This document shows, piece by piece, positions 32,901 to 48,000 of a stretch of 64,000 nt of DNA (its first letter is position 1; the number at the start of each line of letters is the position of its first letter). Under the pieces are notes generated by a model that worked only from the letters and a program-made list of their open reading frames with translations, did not search any database and was not told the DNA's origin. The DNA is from Eledone cirrhosa (taxonomy: Eukaryota), in contig OZ024740.1 of assembly GCA_964016885.1 (NCBI GenBank), positions 304,544,001 through 304,608,000 on the forward strand, given 5' to 3'. The position numbers and the translations under genes were made by a program.

Positions 32901-35900
32901 TTGTTGACCTAAACAGTATCAATAACTGCTACCACTACACCCATCAGTTCACTCATTGTTGACCTAAACAGCATCAATAACTACTACCACTACACCCATC
33001 TGTTCACTCATTGTTGACCTAAACAGCATAAATAACTACTACCACTACACCCATCTGTTCACTCAGCGTTGACCTAAACAGCATCAATAACTACTACCAC
33101 TACACCCATCTGTTCACTCAGCGTTGACCTAAACAGCATCAATAACTACTACCACTACACCCATCTGTTCACTCATTGTTGACCTAAACAGCATCAATAA
33201 CTGCTACCACTACACCCATCAGTTCACTCATTGTTGACCTAAACAGCATCAACAACTACTACCACTACACCCATCTGTTCACTCATTGTTGACCTAAACA
33301 GTATCAATAACTGCTACCACTACACCCATCAGTTCACTCATTGTTGACCTAAACAGCATCAATAACTACTACCACTACACCCATCTGTTCACTCATTGTT
33401 GACCTAAACAGCATAAATAACTACTACCACTACACCCATCTGTTCACTCAGCGTTGACCTAAACAGCATCAATAACTACTACCACTACACCCATCTGTTC
33501 ACTCAGCGTTGACCTAAACAGCATCAATAACTACTACCACTACACCCATCTGTTCACTCAGCGTTGACCTAAACAGCATCAATAACTGCTACCACTACAC
33601 CCATCTGTCACTCATTGTTGACCTAAACAGCATCAACAACTACTACCACTACACCCATCTGTTCACTCATTGTTCACCTAAACAGCATCAATAACTACTA
33701 CCACTACACCCATCTGTTCACTCATTGTTTACCTAAACAGCATCAATAACTACTACCACTACACCCATCTGTTCACTCATGGTTGACCTAAACAGCATCA
33801 ATAACTACTACCACTACACCCATCTGTTCACTCATTGTTGACCTAAACAGCATCAATAACTACTACCACTACACCCATCTGTTCACTCATTGTTGACCTA
33901 AACAGCATCAATAACTACTACCACTACACCCATCTGTTCACTCATGGTTGACCTAAACAGCATCAATAACTACTACCACTACACCCATCTGTTCACTCAT
34001 TGTTGACCTAAACAGCATCAATAACTACTACCACTACACCCATCTGTTCACTCATTGTTGACCTAAACAGCATCAATAACTACTACCACTACACCCATCT
34101 GTTCACTCATTGTTGACCTAAACAGCATCAATAACTACTACCACTACACCCATCTGTTCACTCATTGTTGACCTAAACAGCATCAATAACTACTACCACT
34201 ACACCCATCTGTTCACTCATTGTTGACCTAAACAGCATCAATAACTACTACCACTACATCCATCTGTTCACTCATTGTTGACCTAAACAGCATCAATAAC
34301 TACTACCACTACACCCATCTGTTCACTCATTGTTGACCTAAACAGCATCAATAACTACTACCACTACACCCATCTGTTCACTCATTGTTGACTTAAACAG
34401 CATCAATAACTGCTACCATTACACCCATCTGTTCACTCATTGTTGACCTAAACAGCATCAATAACTACTACCACTACATCCATCTGTTCACTCATTGTTG
34501 ACCTAAACAGTATCAATAACTACTACCACTACACCCATCTGTTCACTCATTGTTGACTTAAACAGCATCAATAACTGCTACCACTACACCCATCTGTTCA
34601 CTCATTGTTGACCTAAACAGCATCAATAACTACTACCACTACACCCATCTGTTCACTCATTGTTGACCTAAACAGCATCAATAACTACTACCACTACACC
34701 CATCTGTTCACTCAGCGTTGACCTAAACAGCATCAATAACTACTACCACTACACCCATCTGTTCACTCATTGTTAACCTAAACAGCATCAATAACTACTA
34801 CCACTACACCCATCTGTTCACTCAGCGTTGACCTAAACAGCATCAATAACTACTACCACTACACCCATCTGTTCACTCAGCGTTGACCTAAACAGCATCA
34901 ATAACTGCTACCACTACACCCATCTGTCACTCATTGTTGACCTAAACAGCATCAACAACTACTACCACTACACCCATCTGTTCACTCATTGTTCACCTAA
35001 ACAGCATCAATAACTACTACCACTAGACCCATCTGTTCAATCATGGTTGACCTAAACAGCATCAATAACTACTACCACTACACCCATCTGTTCACTCATT
35101 GTTGACCTAAACAGCATCAATAACTACTACCACTACACCCATCTGTTCACTCATTGTTCACCTAAACAGCATCAATAACTACTACCACTACACCCATCTG
35201 TTCACTCATGGTTGACCTAAACAGCATCAATAACTACTACCACTACACTCATCTGTTCACTCATTGTTGACCTAAACAGCATCAATAACTACTACCTCTA
35301 CACCCATCTGTCACTCATTGTTGACCTAAACAGTATCAATAACTACTACCACTACACCCATCTGTTCACTCATTGTTGACCTAAACAGCATCAATAACTA
35401 CTACCACTACACCCATCTGTTCACTCATTGTTGACCTAAACAGCATCAATAACTACTACCACTACACCCATCTGTTCACTCATTGTTCACCTAAACAGCA
35501 TCAATAACTACTACCACTACACCCATCTGTTCACTCATGGTTGACCTAAACAGCATCAATAACTACTACCACTACACTCATCTGTTCACTCATTGTTGAC
35601 CTAAACAGCATCAATAACTACTACCACTACACCCATCTGTTCACTCATTGTTGACCTAAACAGCATCAACAACTACTACCACTACACCCATCTGTTCACT
35701 CATTGTTCACCTAAACAGCATCAATAACTACTACCACTACACCCATCTGTTCACTCATTGTTGACCTAAACAGCATCAATAACTACTACCACTACACCCA
35801 TCTGTTCACTCATTGTTGACCTAAACAGTATCAATAACTACTACCACTACACCCATCTGTTCACTCATTGTTGACCTAAACAGTATCAATAACTACTACC

Positions 35901-37550
35901 ACTACACCCATCTGTTCAATCATGGTTGACCTAAACAGCATCAATAACTACTACCACTACACCCATCTGTCACTCATTGTTGACCTAAACAGTATCAATA
36001 ACTACTACCACTACACCCATCTGTTCAATCATGGTTGACCGAAACAGTATCAATAACTACTACCACTACACCCATCTGTTCACTCATTGTTGACCTAAAC
36101 AGTATCAATAACTACTACCACTACATCCATCAGTTCACTCATTGTTGACCTAAACAGCATCAATAACTACTACCACTACACCCATCTGTTCACTCATTGT
36201 TGACCTAAACAGCATAAATAACTACTACCACTACACCCATCTGTTCACTCAGCGTTGACCTAAACAGCATCAATAACTACTACCACTACACCCATCTGTT
36301 CACTCAGCGTTGACCTAAACAGCATCAATAACTGCTACCACTACACCCATCTGTCACTCATTGTTGACCTAAACAGCATCAACAACTACTACCACTACAC
36401 CCATCTGTTCACTCATTGTTCACCTAAACAGCATCAATAACTACTACCACTACACCCATCTGTTCACTCATTGTTTACCTAAACAGCATCAATAACTACT
36501 ACCACTACACCCATCTGTTCACTCATTGTTGACCTAAACAGCATCAATAACTACTACCACTACACCCATCTGTTCACTCATTGTTGACCTAAACAGCATC
36601 AATAACTACTACCACTACACCCATCTGTTCACTCAGCGTTGACCTAAACAGCATCAATAACTACTACCACTACACCCATCTGTTCACTCAGCGTTGACCT
36701 AAACAGCATCAATAACTGCTACCACTACACCCATCTGTCACTCATTGTTGACCTAAACAGCATCAACAACTACTACCACTACACCCATCTGTTCACTCAT
36801 TGTTCACCTAAACAGCATCAATAACTACTACCACTACACCCATCTGTTCACTCATTGTTTACCTAAACAGCATCAATAACTACTACCACTACACCCATCT
36901 GTTCACTCATGGTTGACCTAAACAGCATCAATAACTACTACCACTACACCCATCTGTTCACTCATTGTTGACCTAAACAGCATCAATAACTACTACCACT
37001 ACACCCATCTGTTCACTCATTGTTGACCTAAACAGCATCAATAACTACTACCACTACACCCATCTGTTCACTCATGGTTGACCTAAACAGCATCAATAAC
37101 TACTACCACTACACCCATCTGTTCACTCATTGTTGACCTAAACAGCATCAATAACTACTACCACTACACCCATCTGTTCACTCATTGTTGACCTAAACAG
37201 CATCAATAACTACTACCACTACACCCATCTGTTCACTCATTGTTGACCTAAACAGCATCAATAACTACTACCACTACACCCATCTGTTCACTCATTGTTG
37301 ACCTAAACAGCATCAATAACTACTACCACTACACCCATCTGTTCACTCATTGTTGACCTAAACAGCATCAATAACTACTACCACTACATCCATCTGTTCG
37401 CTCATTGTTGACCTAAACAGCATCAATAACTACTACCACTACACCCATCTGTTCACTCATTGTTGACCTAAACAGCATCAATAACTACTACCACTACACC
37501 CATCTGTTCACTCATTGTTGACTTAAACAGCATCAATAACTGCTACCACT
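12000..37550. repeat. ~14.1-kb higher-order duplication containing nested ~5.4-5.5-kb and 2.25-kb duplications (boundaries approximate)
   Basis: The marker GACCCAGGG occurs at ~12983 and ~27141, and GACTCAGGG at ~18468 and ~32571 (offsets 14,158 and 14,103). CTGTCATTC occurs at ~12424 and ~26582. A 2,252-bp internal duplication is marked by TTGTTAACC (20671/22923) and ACCTCTAC (21191/23443). Confidence 0.85.
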
Positions 37551-39099
37551 ACACCCATCTGTTCACTCATTGTTGACCTAAACAGCATAAATAACTACTA
37601 CCACTACACCCATCTGTTCACTCAGCGTTGACCTAAACAGCATCAATAACTACTACCACTACACCCATCTGTTCACTCAGCGTTGACCTAAACAGCATCA
37701 ATAACTGCTACCACTACACCCATCTGTTCACTCATTGTTGACCTAAACAGCATCAATAACTACTACCACTACACCCATCTGTTCACTCAGCGTTGACCTA
37801 AACAGCATCAATAACTACTACCACTACACCCATCTGTTCACTCATTGTTGACCTAAACAGCATCAATAACTACTACCACTACACCCATCTGTTCACTCAG
37901 CGTTGACCTAAACAGCATCAATAACTACTACCACTACACCCATCTGTTCACTCAGCGTTGACCTAAACAGCATCAATAACTGCTACCACTACACCCATCT
38001 GTCACTCATTGTTGACCTAAACAGCATCAACAACTACTACCACTACACCCATCTGTTCACTCATTGTTCACCTAAACAGCATCAATAACTACTACCACTA
38101 GACCCATCTGTTCAATCATGGTTGACCTAAACAGCATCAATAACTACTACCACTACACCCATCTGTTCACTCATTGTTGACCTAAACAGCATCAATAACT
38201 ACTACCACTACACCCATCTGTTCACTCATTGTTCACCTAAACAGCATCAATAACTACTACCACTACACCCATCTGTTCACTCATGGTTGACCTAAACAGC
38301 ATCAATAACTACTACCACTACACTCATCTGTTCACTCATTGTTGACCTAAACAGCATCAATAACTACTACCACTACACCCATCTGTCACTCATTGTTGAC
38401 CTAAACAGTATCAATAACTACTACCACTACACCCATCTGTTCACTCATTGTTGACCTAAACAGCATCAATAACTACTACCACTACACCCATCTGTTCACT
38501 CATTGTTGACCTAAACAGCATCAATAACTACTACCACTACACCCATCTGTTCACTCATTGTTCACCTAAACAGCATCAATAACTACTACCACTACACCCA
38601 TCTGTTCACTCATTGTTCACCTAAACAGCATCAATAACTACTACCACTACACCCATCTGTTCACTCATGGTTGACCTAAACAGCATCAATAACTACTACC
38701 ACTACACTCATCTGTTCACTCATTGTTGACCTAAACAGCATCAATAACTACTACCACTACACCCATCTGTTCACTCATTGTTGACCTAAACAGCATCAAC
38801 AACTACTACCACTACACCCATCTGTTCACTCATTGTTCACCTAAACAGCATCAATAACTACTACCACTACACCCATCTGTTCACTCATTGTTGACCTAAA
38901 CAGCATCAATAACTACTACCACTACACCCATCTGTTCACTCATTGTTGACCTAAACAGTATCAATAACTACTACCACTACACCCATCTGTTCACTCATTG
39001 TTGACCTAAACAGTATCAATAACTACTACCACTACACCCATCTGTTCAATCATGGTTGACCTAAACAGCATCAATAACTACTACCACTACACCCATCTG

Positions 39100-42000
39100 T
39101 CACTCATTGTTGACCTAAACAGTATCAATAACTACTACCACTACACCCATCTGTTCAATCATGGTTGACCTAAACAGCATCAATAACTACTACCACTACA
39201 CCCATCTGTTCACTCATTGTTCACCTAAACAGCATCAATAACTACTACCACTACACTCATCTGTTCACTCATTGTTGACCTAAACAGCATCAATAACTAC
39301 TACCACTACACCCATCTGTCACTCATTGTTGACCTCAACAGCATCAATAACTACTACCACTACACCCATCTGTCACTCATTGTTGACCTCAACAGCATCA
39401 ATAACTACTACCACTACACCCATCTGTCACTCATTGTTGACCTAAACAGCATCAATAACTGCTACCACTACACCCATCTGTTCACTCATTGTTGACCTAA
39501 ACAGTATCAATAACTACTACCACTACATCCATCAGTTCACTCAGCGTTGACCTAAACAGCATCAATAACTACTACCACTACACCCATCTGTTCACTCATG
39601 GTTGACCTAAACAGCATCAATAACTGCTACCACTACACCCATCTGTTGACTCATGGTTGACCTAAACAGCATCAATAACTGCTACCACTACACCCATCTG
39701 TCCACTCATTGTTGACCTAAACAGCATCAATAACTACTACCACTACACCCATCTGTTGACTCATGGTTGACCTAAACAGTATCAATAACTACTACCACTA
39801 CACCCATCTGTCCACTCATTGTTGACCTAAACAGCATCAACAACTACTACCACTACACCCATCTGTTCACTCATTGTTGACCTAAACAGCATCAATAACT
39901 ACTACCACTACACCCATCTGTCACTCATTGTTGACCTAAACAGCATCAATAACTACTACCACTACACCCATCTGTTGACTCAGGGTTGACCTAAACAGTA
40001 TCAATAACTACTACCACTACACCCATCTGTTCACTCATTGTTGACCTAAACAGCATCAATAACTACTACCACTACACCCATCTGTTCACTAATGGTTGAC
40101 CTAAATAGCATCAATAACTACTACCACTACACCCATCTGCTCACTCATGGTTGACCTAAATAGCATCAATAACTACTACCACTACACCCATCTGTTCACT
40201 CATTGTTGACCTAAACAGCATCAATAACTGCTACCACTACACCCATCAGTTCACTCATTGTTGACCTAAACAGCATCAACAACTACTACCACTACACCCA
40301 TCTGTTCACTCATTGTTGACCTAAACAGTATCAATAACTGCTACCACTACACCCATCAGTTCACTCATTGTTGACCTAAACAGCATCAATAACTACTACC
40401 ACTACACCCATCTGTTCACTCATTGTTGACCTAAACAGCATAAATAACTACTACCACTACACCCATCTGTTCACTCAGCGTTGACCTAAACAGCATCAAT
40501 AACTACTACCACTACACCCATCTGTTCACTCAGCGTTGACCTAAACAGCATCAATAACTACTACCACTACACCCATCTGTTCACTCATTGTTGACCTAAA
40601 CAGCATCAATAACTGCTACCACTACACCCATCAGTTCACTCATTGTTGACCTAAACAGCATCAACAACTACTACCACTACACCCATCTGTTCACTCATTG
40701 TTGACCTAAACAGTATCAATAACTGCTACCACTACACCCATCAGTTCACTCATTGTTGACCTAAACAGCATCAATAACTACTACCACTACACCCATCTGT
40801 TCACTCATTGTTGACCTAAACAGCATAAATAACTACTACCACTACACCCATCTGTTCACTCAGCGTTGACCTAAACAGCATCAATAACTACTACCACTAC
40901 ACCCATCTGTTCACTCAGCGTTGACCTAAACAGCATCAATAACTACTACCACTACACCCATCTGTTCACTCAGCGTTGACCTAAACAGCATCAATAACTG
41001 CTACCACTACACCCATCTGTCACTCATTGTTGACCTAAACAGCATCAACAACTACTACCACTACACCCATCTGTTCACTCATTGTTCACCTAAACAGCAT
41101 CAATAACTACTACCACTACACCCATCTGTTCACTCATTGTTTACCTAAACAGCATCAATAACTACTACCACTACACCCATCTGTTCACTCATGGTTGACC
41201 TAAACAGCATCAATAACTACTACCACTACACCCATCTGTTCACTCATTGTTGACCTAAACAGCATCAATAACTACTACCACTACACCCATCTGTTCACTC
41301 ATTGTTGACCTAAACAGCATCAATAACTACTACCACTACACCCATCTGTTCACTCATGGTTGACCTAAACAGCATCAATAACTACTACCACTACACCCAT
41401 CTGTTCACTCAGCGTTGACCTAAACAGCATCAATAACTACTACCACTACACCCATCTGTTCACTCATTGTTGACCTAAACAGCATCAATAACTGCTACCA
41501 CTACACCCATCAGTTCACTCATTGTTGACCTAAACAGCATCAACAACTACTACCACTACACCCATCTGTTCACTCATTGTTGACCTAAACAGTATCAATA
41601 ACTGCTACCACTACACCCATCAGTTCACTCATTGTTGACCTAAACAGCATCAATAACTACTACCACTACACCCATCTGTTCACTCATTGTTGACCTAAAC
41701 AGCATAAATAACTACTACCACTACACCCATCTGTTCACTCAGCGTTGACCTAAACAGCATCAATAACTACTACCACTACACCCATCTGTTCACTCAGCGT
41801 TGACCTAAACAGCATCAATAACTACTACCACTACACCCATCTGTTCACTCAGCGTTGACCTAAACAGCATCAATAACTGCTACCACTACACCCATCTGTC
41901 ACTCATTGTTGACCTAAACAGCATCAACAACTACTACCACTACACCCATCTGTTCACTCATTGTTCACCTAAACAGCATCAATAACTACTACCACTACAC

Positions 42001-45000
42001 CCATCTGTTCACTCATTGTTTACCTAAACAGCATCAATAACTACTACCACTACACCCATCTGTTCACTCATGGTTGACCTAAACAGCATCAATAACTACT
42101 ACCACTACACCCATCTGTTCACTCATTGTTGACCTAAACAGCATCAATAACTACTACCACTACACCCATCTGTTCACTCATTGTTGACCTAAACAGCATC
42201 AATAACTACTACCACTACACCCATCTGTTCACTCATGGTTGACCTAAACAGCATCAATAACTACTACCACTACACCCATCTGTTCACTCATTGTTGACCT
42301 AAACAGCATCAATAACTACTACCACTACACCCATCTGTTCACTCATTGTTGACCTAAACAGCATCAATAACTACTACCACTACACCCATCTGTTCACTCA
42401 TTGTTGACCTAAACAGCATCAATAACTACTACCACTACACCCATCTGTTCACTCATTGTTGACCTAAACAGCATCAATAACTACTACCACTACACCCATC
42501 TGTTCACTCATTGTTGACCTAAACAGCATCAATAACTACTACCACTACATCCATCTGTTCACTCATTGTTGACCTAAACAGCATCAATAACTACTACCAC
42601 TACACCCATCTGTTCACTCATTGTTGACCTAAACAGCATCAATAACTACTACCACTACACCCATCTGTTCACTCATTGTTGACTTAAACAGCATCAATAA
42701 CTGCTACCATTACACCCATCTGTTCACTCATTGTTGACCTAAACAGCATCAATAACTACTACCACTACATCCATCTGTTCACTCATTGTTGACCTAAACA
42801 GTATCAATAACTACTACCACTACACCCATCTGTTCACTCATTGTTGACTTAAACAGCATCAATAACTGCTACCACTACACCCATCTGTTCACTCATTGTT
42901 GACCTAAACAGCATCAATAACTACTACCACTACACCCATCTGTTCACTCATTGTTGACCTAAACAGCATCAATAACTACTACCACTACACCCATCTGTTC
43001 ACTCAGCGTTGACCTAAACAGCATCAATAACTACTACCACTACACCCATCTGTTCACTCATTGTTGACCTAAACAGCATCAATAACTACTACCACTACAC
43101 CCATCTGTTCACTCAGCGTTGACCTAAACAGCATCAATAACTACTACCACTACACCCATCTGTTCACTCAGCGTTGACCTAAACAGCATCAATAACTGCT
43201 ACCACTACACCCATCTGTCACTCATTGTTGACCTAAACAGCATCAACAACTACTACCACTACACCCATCTGTTCACTCATTGTTCACCTAAACAGCATCA
43301 ATAACTACTACCACTAGACCCATCTGTTCAATCATGGTTGACCTAAACAGCATCAATAACTACTACCACTACACCCATCTGTTCACTCATTGTTGACCTA
43401 AACAGCATCAATAACTACTACCACTACACCCATCTGTTCACTCATTGTTCACCTAAACAGCATCAATAACTACTACCACTACACCCATCTGTTCACTCAT
43501 GGTTGACCTAAACAGCATCAATAACTACTACCACTACACTCATCTGTTCACTCATTGTTGACCTAAACAGCATCAATAACTACTACCACTACACCCATCT
43601 GTCACTCATTGTTGACCTAAACAGTATCAATAACTACTACCACTACACCCATCTGTTCACTCATTGTTGACCTAAACAGCATCAATAACTACTACCACTA
43701 CACCCATCTGTTCACTCATTGTTGACCTAAACAGCATCAATAACTACTACCACTACACCCATCTGTTCACTCATTGTTCACCTAAACAGCATCAATAACT
43801 ACTACCACTACACCCATCTGTTCACTCATTGTTCACCTAAACAGCATCAATAACTACTACCACTACACCCATCTGTTCACTCATGGTTGACCTAAACAGC
43901 ATCAATAACTACTACCACTACACTCATCTGTTCACTCATTGTTGACCTAAACAGCATCAATAACTACTACCACTACACCCATCTGTTCACTCATTGTTGA
44001 CCTAAACAGCATCAACAACTACTACCACTACACCCATCTGTTCACTCATTGTTCACCTAAACAGCATCAATAACTACTACCACTACACCCATCTGTTCAC
44101 TCATTGTTGACCTAAACAGCATCAATAACTACTACCACTACACCCATCTGTTCACTCATTGTTGACCTAAACAGTATCAATAACTACTACCACTACACCC
44201 ATCTGTTCACTCATTGTTGACCTAAACAGTATCAATAACTACTACCACTACACCCATCTGTTCAATCATGGTTGACCTAAACAGCATCAATAACTACTAC
44301 CACTACACCCATCTGTCACTCATTGTTGACCTAAACAGTATCAATAACTACTACCACTACACCCATCTGTTCAATCATGGTTGACCGAAACAGTATCAAT
44401 AACTACTACCACTACACCCATCTGTTCACTCATTGTTGACCTAAACAGTATCAATAACTACTACCACTACATCCATCAGTTCACTCATTGTTGACCTAAA
44501 CAGCATCAATAACTACTACCACTACACCCATCTGTTCACTCATTGTTGACCTAAACAGCATAAATAACTACTACCACTACACCCATCTGTTCACTCAGCG
44601 TTGACCTAAACAGCATCAATAACTACTACCACTACACCCATCTGTTCACTCAGCGTTAACCTAAACAGCATCAATAACTGCTACCACTACACCCATCTGT
44701 CACTCATTGTTGACCTAAACAGCATCAACAACTACTACCACTACACCCATCTGTTCACTCATTGTTCACCTAAACAGCATCAATAACTACTACCACTACA
44801 CCCATCTGTTCACTCATTGTTTACCTAAACAGCATCAATAACTACTACCACTACACCCATCTGTTCACTCATTGTTGACCTAAACAGCATCAATAACTAC
44901 TACCACTACACCCATCTGTTCACTCATTGTTGACCTAAACAGCATCAATAACTACTACCACTACACCCATCTGTTCACTCAGCGTTGACCTAAACAGCAT

Positions 45001-48000
45001 CAATAACTGCTACCACTACACCCATCTGTCACTCATTGTTGACCTAAACAGCATCAACAACTACTACCACTACACCCATCTGTTCACTCATTGTTCACCT
45101 AAACAGCATCAATAACTACTACCACTACACCCATCTGTTCACTCATGGTTGACCTAAACAGCATCAATAACTACTACCACTACACCCATCTGTTCACTCA
45201 TTGTTGACCTAAACAGCATCAATAACTACTACCACTACACCCATCTGTTCACTCATTGTTGACCTAAACAGCATCAATAACTACTACCACTACACCCATC
45301 TGTTCACTCATGGTTGACCTAAACAGCATCAATAACTACTACCACTACACCCATCTGTTCACTCATTGTTGACCTAAACAGCATCAATAACTACTACCAC
45401 TACACCCATCTGTTCACTCATTGTTGACCTAAACAGTATCAATAACTACTACCACTACACCCATCTGTTCACTCATGGTTGACCTAAACAGCATCAATAA
45501 CTACTACCACTACACCCATCTGTTCACTCATTGTTGACCTAAACAGCATCAATAACTACTACCACTACACCCATCTGTTCACTCATTGTTGACCTAAACA
45601 GCATCAATAACTACTACCACTACACCCATCTGTTCACTCATGGTTGACCTAAACAGCATCAATAACTACTACCACTACACCCATCTGTTCACTCATTGTT
45701 GACCTAAACAGCATCAATAACTACTACCACTACACCCATCTGTTCACTCATTGTTGACCTAAACAGCATCAATAACTACTACCACTACACCCATCTGTTC
45801 ACTCATGGTTGACCTAAACAGCATCAATAACTACTACCACTACACCCATCTGTTCACTCATTGTTGACCTAAACAGCATCAATAACTACTACCACTACAC
45901 CCATCTGTTCACTCATTGTTGACCTAAACAGTATCAATAACTACTACCACTACACCCATCTGTTCACTCATGGTTGACCTAAACAGCATCAATAACTACT
46001 ACCACTACACCCATCTGTTCACTCATTGTTGACCTAAACAGCATCAATAACTACTACCACTACACCCATCTGTTCACTCATTGTTGACCTAAACAGCATC
46101 AATAACTACTACCACTACACCCATCTGTTCACTCATGGTTGACCTAAACAGCATCAATAACTACTACCACTACACCCATCTGTTCACTCATTGTTGACCT
46201 AAACAGCATCAATAACTACTACCACTACACCCATCTGTTCACTCATTGTTGACCTAAACAGTATCAATAACTACTACCACTACACCCATCTGTTCACTCA
46301 TGGTTGACCTAAACAGCATCAATAACTACTACCACTACACCCATCTGTTCACTCATTGTTGACCTAAACAGCATCAATAACTACTACCACTACACCCATC
46401 TGTTCACTTATTGTTGACCTAAACAGCATCAATAACTACTACCACTACACCCATCTGTTCACTCATGGTTGACCTAAACAGCATCAATAACTACTACCAC
46501 TACACTCATCTGTTCACTCATTGTTGACCTAAACAGCATCAATAACTACTACCTCTACACCCATCTGTCACTCATTGTTGACCTAAACAGTATCAATAAC
46601 TACTACCACTACACCCATCTGTTCACTCATTGTTGACCTAAACAGCATCAATAACTACTACCACTACACCCATCTGTTCACTCATTGTTGACCTAAACAG
46701 CATCAATAACTACTACCACTACACCCATCTGTTCACTCATTGTTCACCTAAACAGCATCAATAACTACTACCACTACACCCATCTGTTCACTCATGGTTG
46801 ACCTAAACAGCATCAATAACTACTACCACTACACTCATCTGTTCACTCATTGTTGACCTAAACAGCATCAATAACTACTACCACTACACCCATCTGTTCA
46901 CTCATTGTTGACCTAAACAGCATCAACAACTACTACCACTACACCCATCTGTTCACTCATTGTTCACCTAAACAGCATCAATAACTACTACCACTACACC
47001 CATCTGTTCACTCATTGTTGACCTAAACAGCATCAATAACTACTACCACTACACCCATCTGTTCACTCATTGTTGACCTAAACAGTATCAATAACTACTA
47101 CCACTACACCCATCTGTTCACTCATTGTTGACCTAAACAGTATCAATAACTACTACCACTACACCCATCTGTTCAATCATGGTTGACCTAAACAGCATCA
47201 ATAACTACTACCACTACACCCATCTGTCACTCATTGTTGACCTAAACAGTATCAATAACTACTACCACTACACCCATCTGTTCAATCATGGTTGACCGAA
47301 ACAGTATCAATAACTACTACCACTACACCCATCTGTTCACTCATTGTTGACCTAAACAGTATCAATAACTACTACCACTACATCCATCAGTTCACTCATT
47401 GTTGACCTAAACAGCATCAATAACTACTACCACTACACCCATCTGTTCACTCATTGTTGACCTAAACAGCATAAATAACTACTACCACTACACCCATCTG
47501 TTCACTCAGCGTTGACCTAAACAGCATCAATAACTACTACCACTACACCCATCTGTTCACTCAGCGTTGACCTAAACAGCATCAATAACTGCTACCACTA
47601 CACCCATCTGTCACTCATTGTTGACCTAAACAGCATCAACAACTACTACCACTACACCCATCTGTTCACTCATTGTTCACCTAAACAGCATCAATAACTA
47701 CTACCACTACACCCATCTGTTCACTCATTGTTTACCTAAACAGCATCAATAACTACTACCACTACACCCATCTGTTCACTCATTGTTGACCTAAACAGCA
47801 TCAATAACTACTACCACTACACCCATCTGTTCACTCATTGTTGACCTAAACAGCATCAATAACTACTACCACTACACCCATCTGTTCACTCAGCGTTGAC
47901 CTAAACAGCATCAATAACTACTACCACTACACCCATCTGTTCACTCAGCGTTGACCTAAACAGCATCAATAACTGCTACCACTACACCCATCTGTCACTC

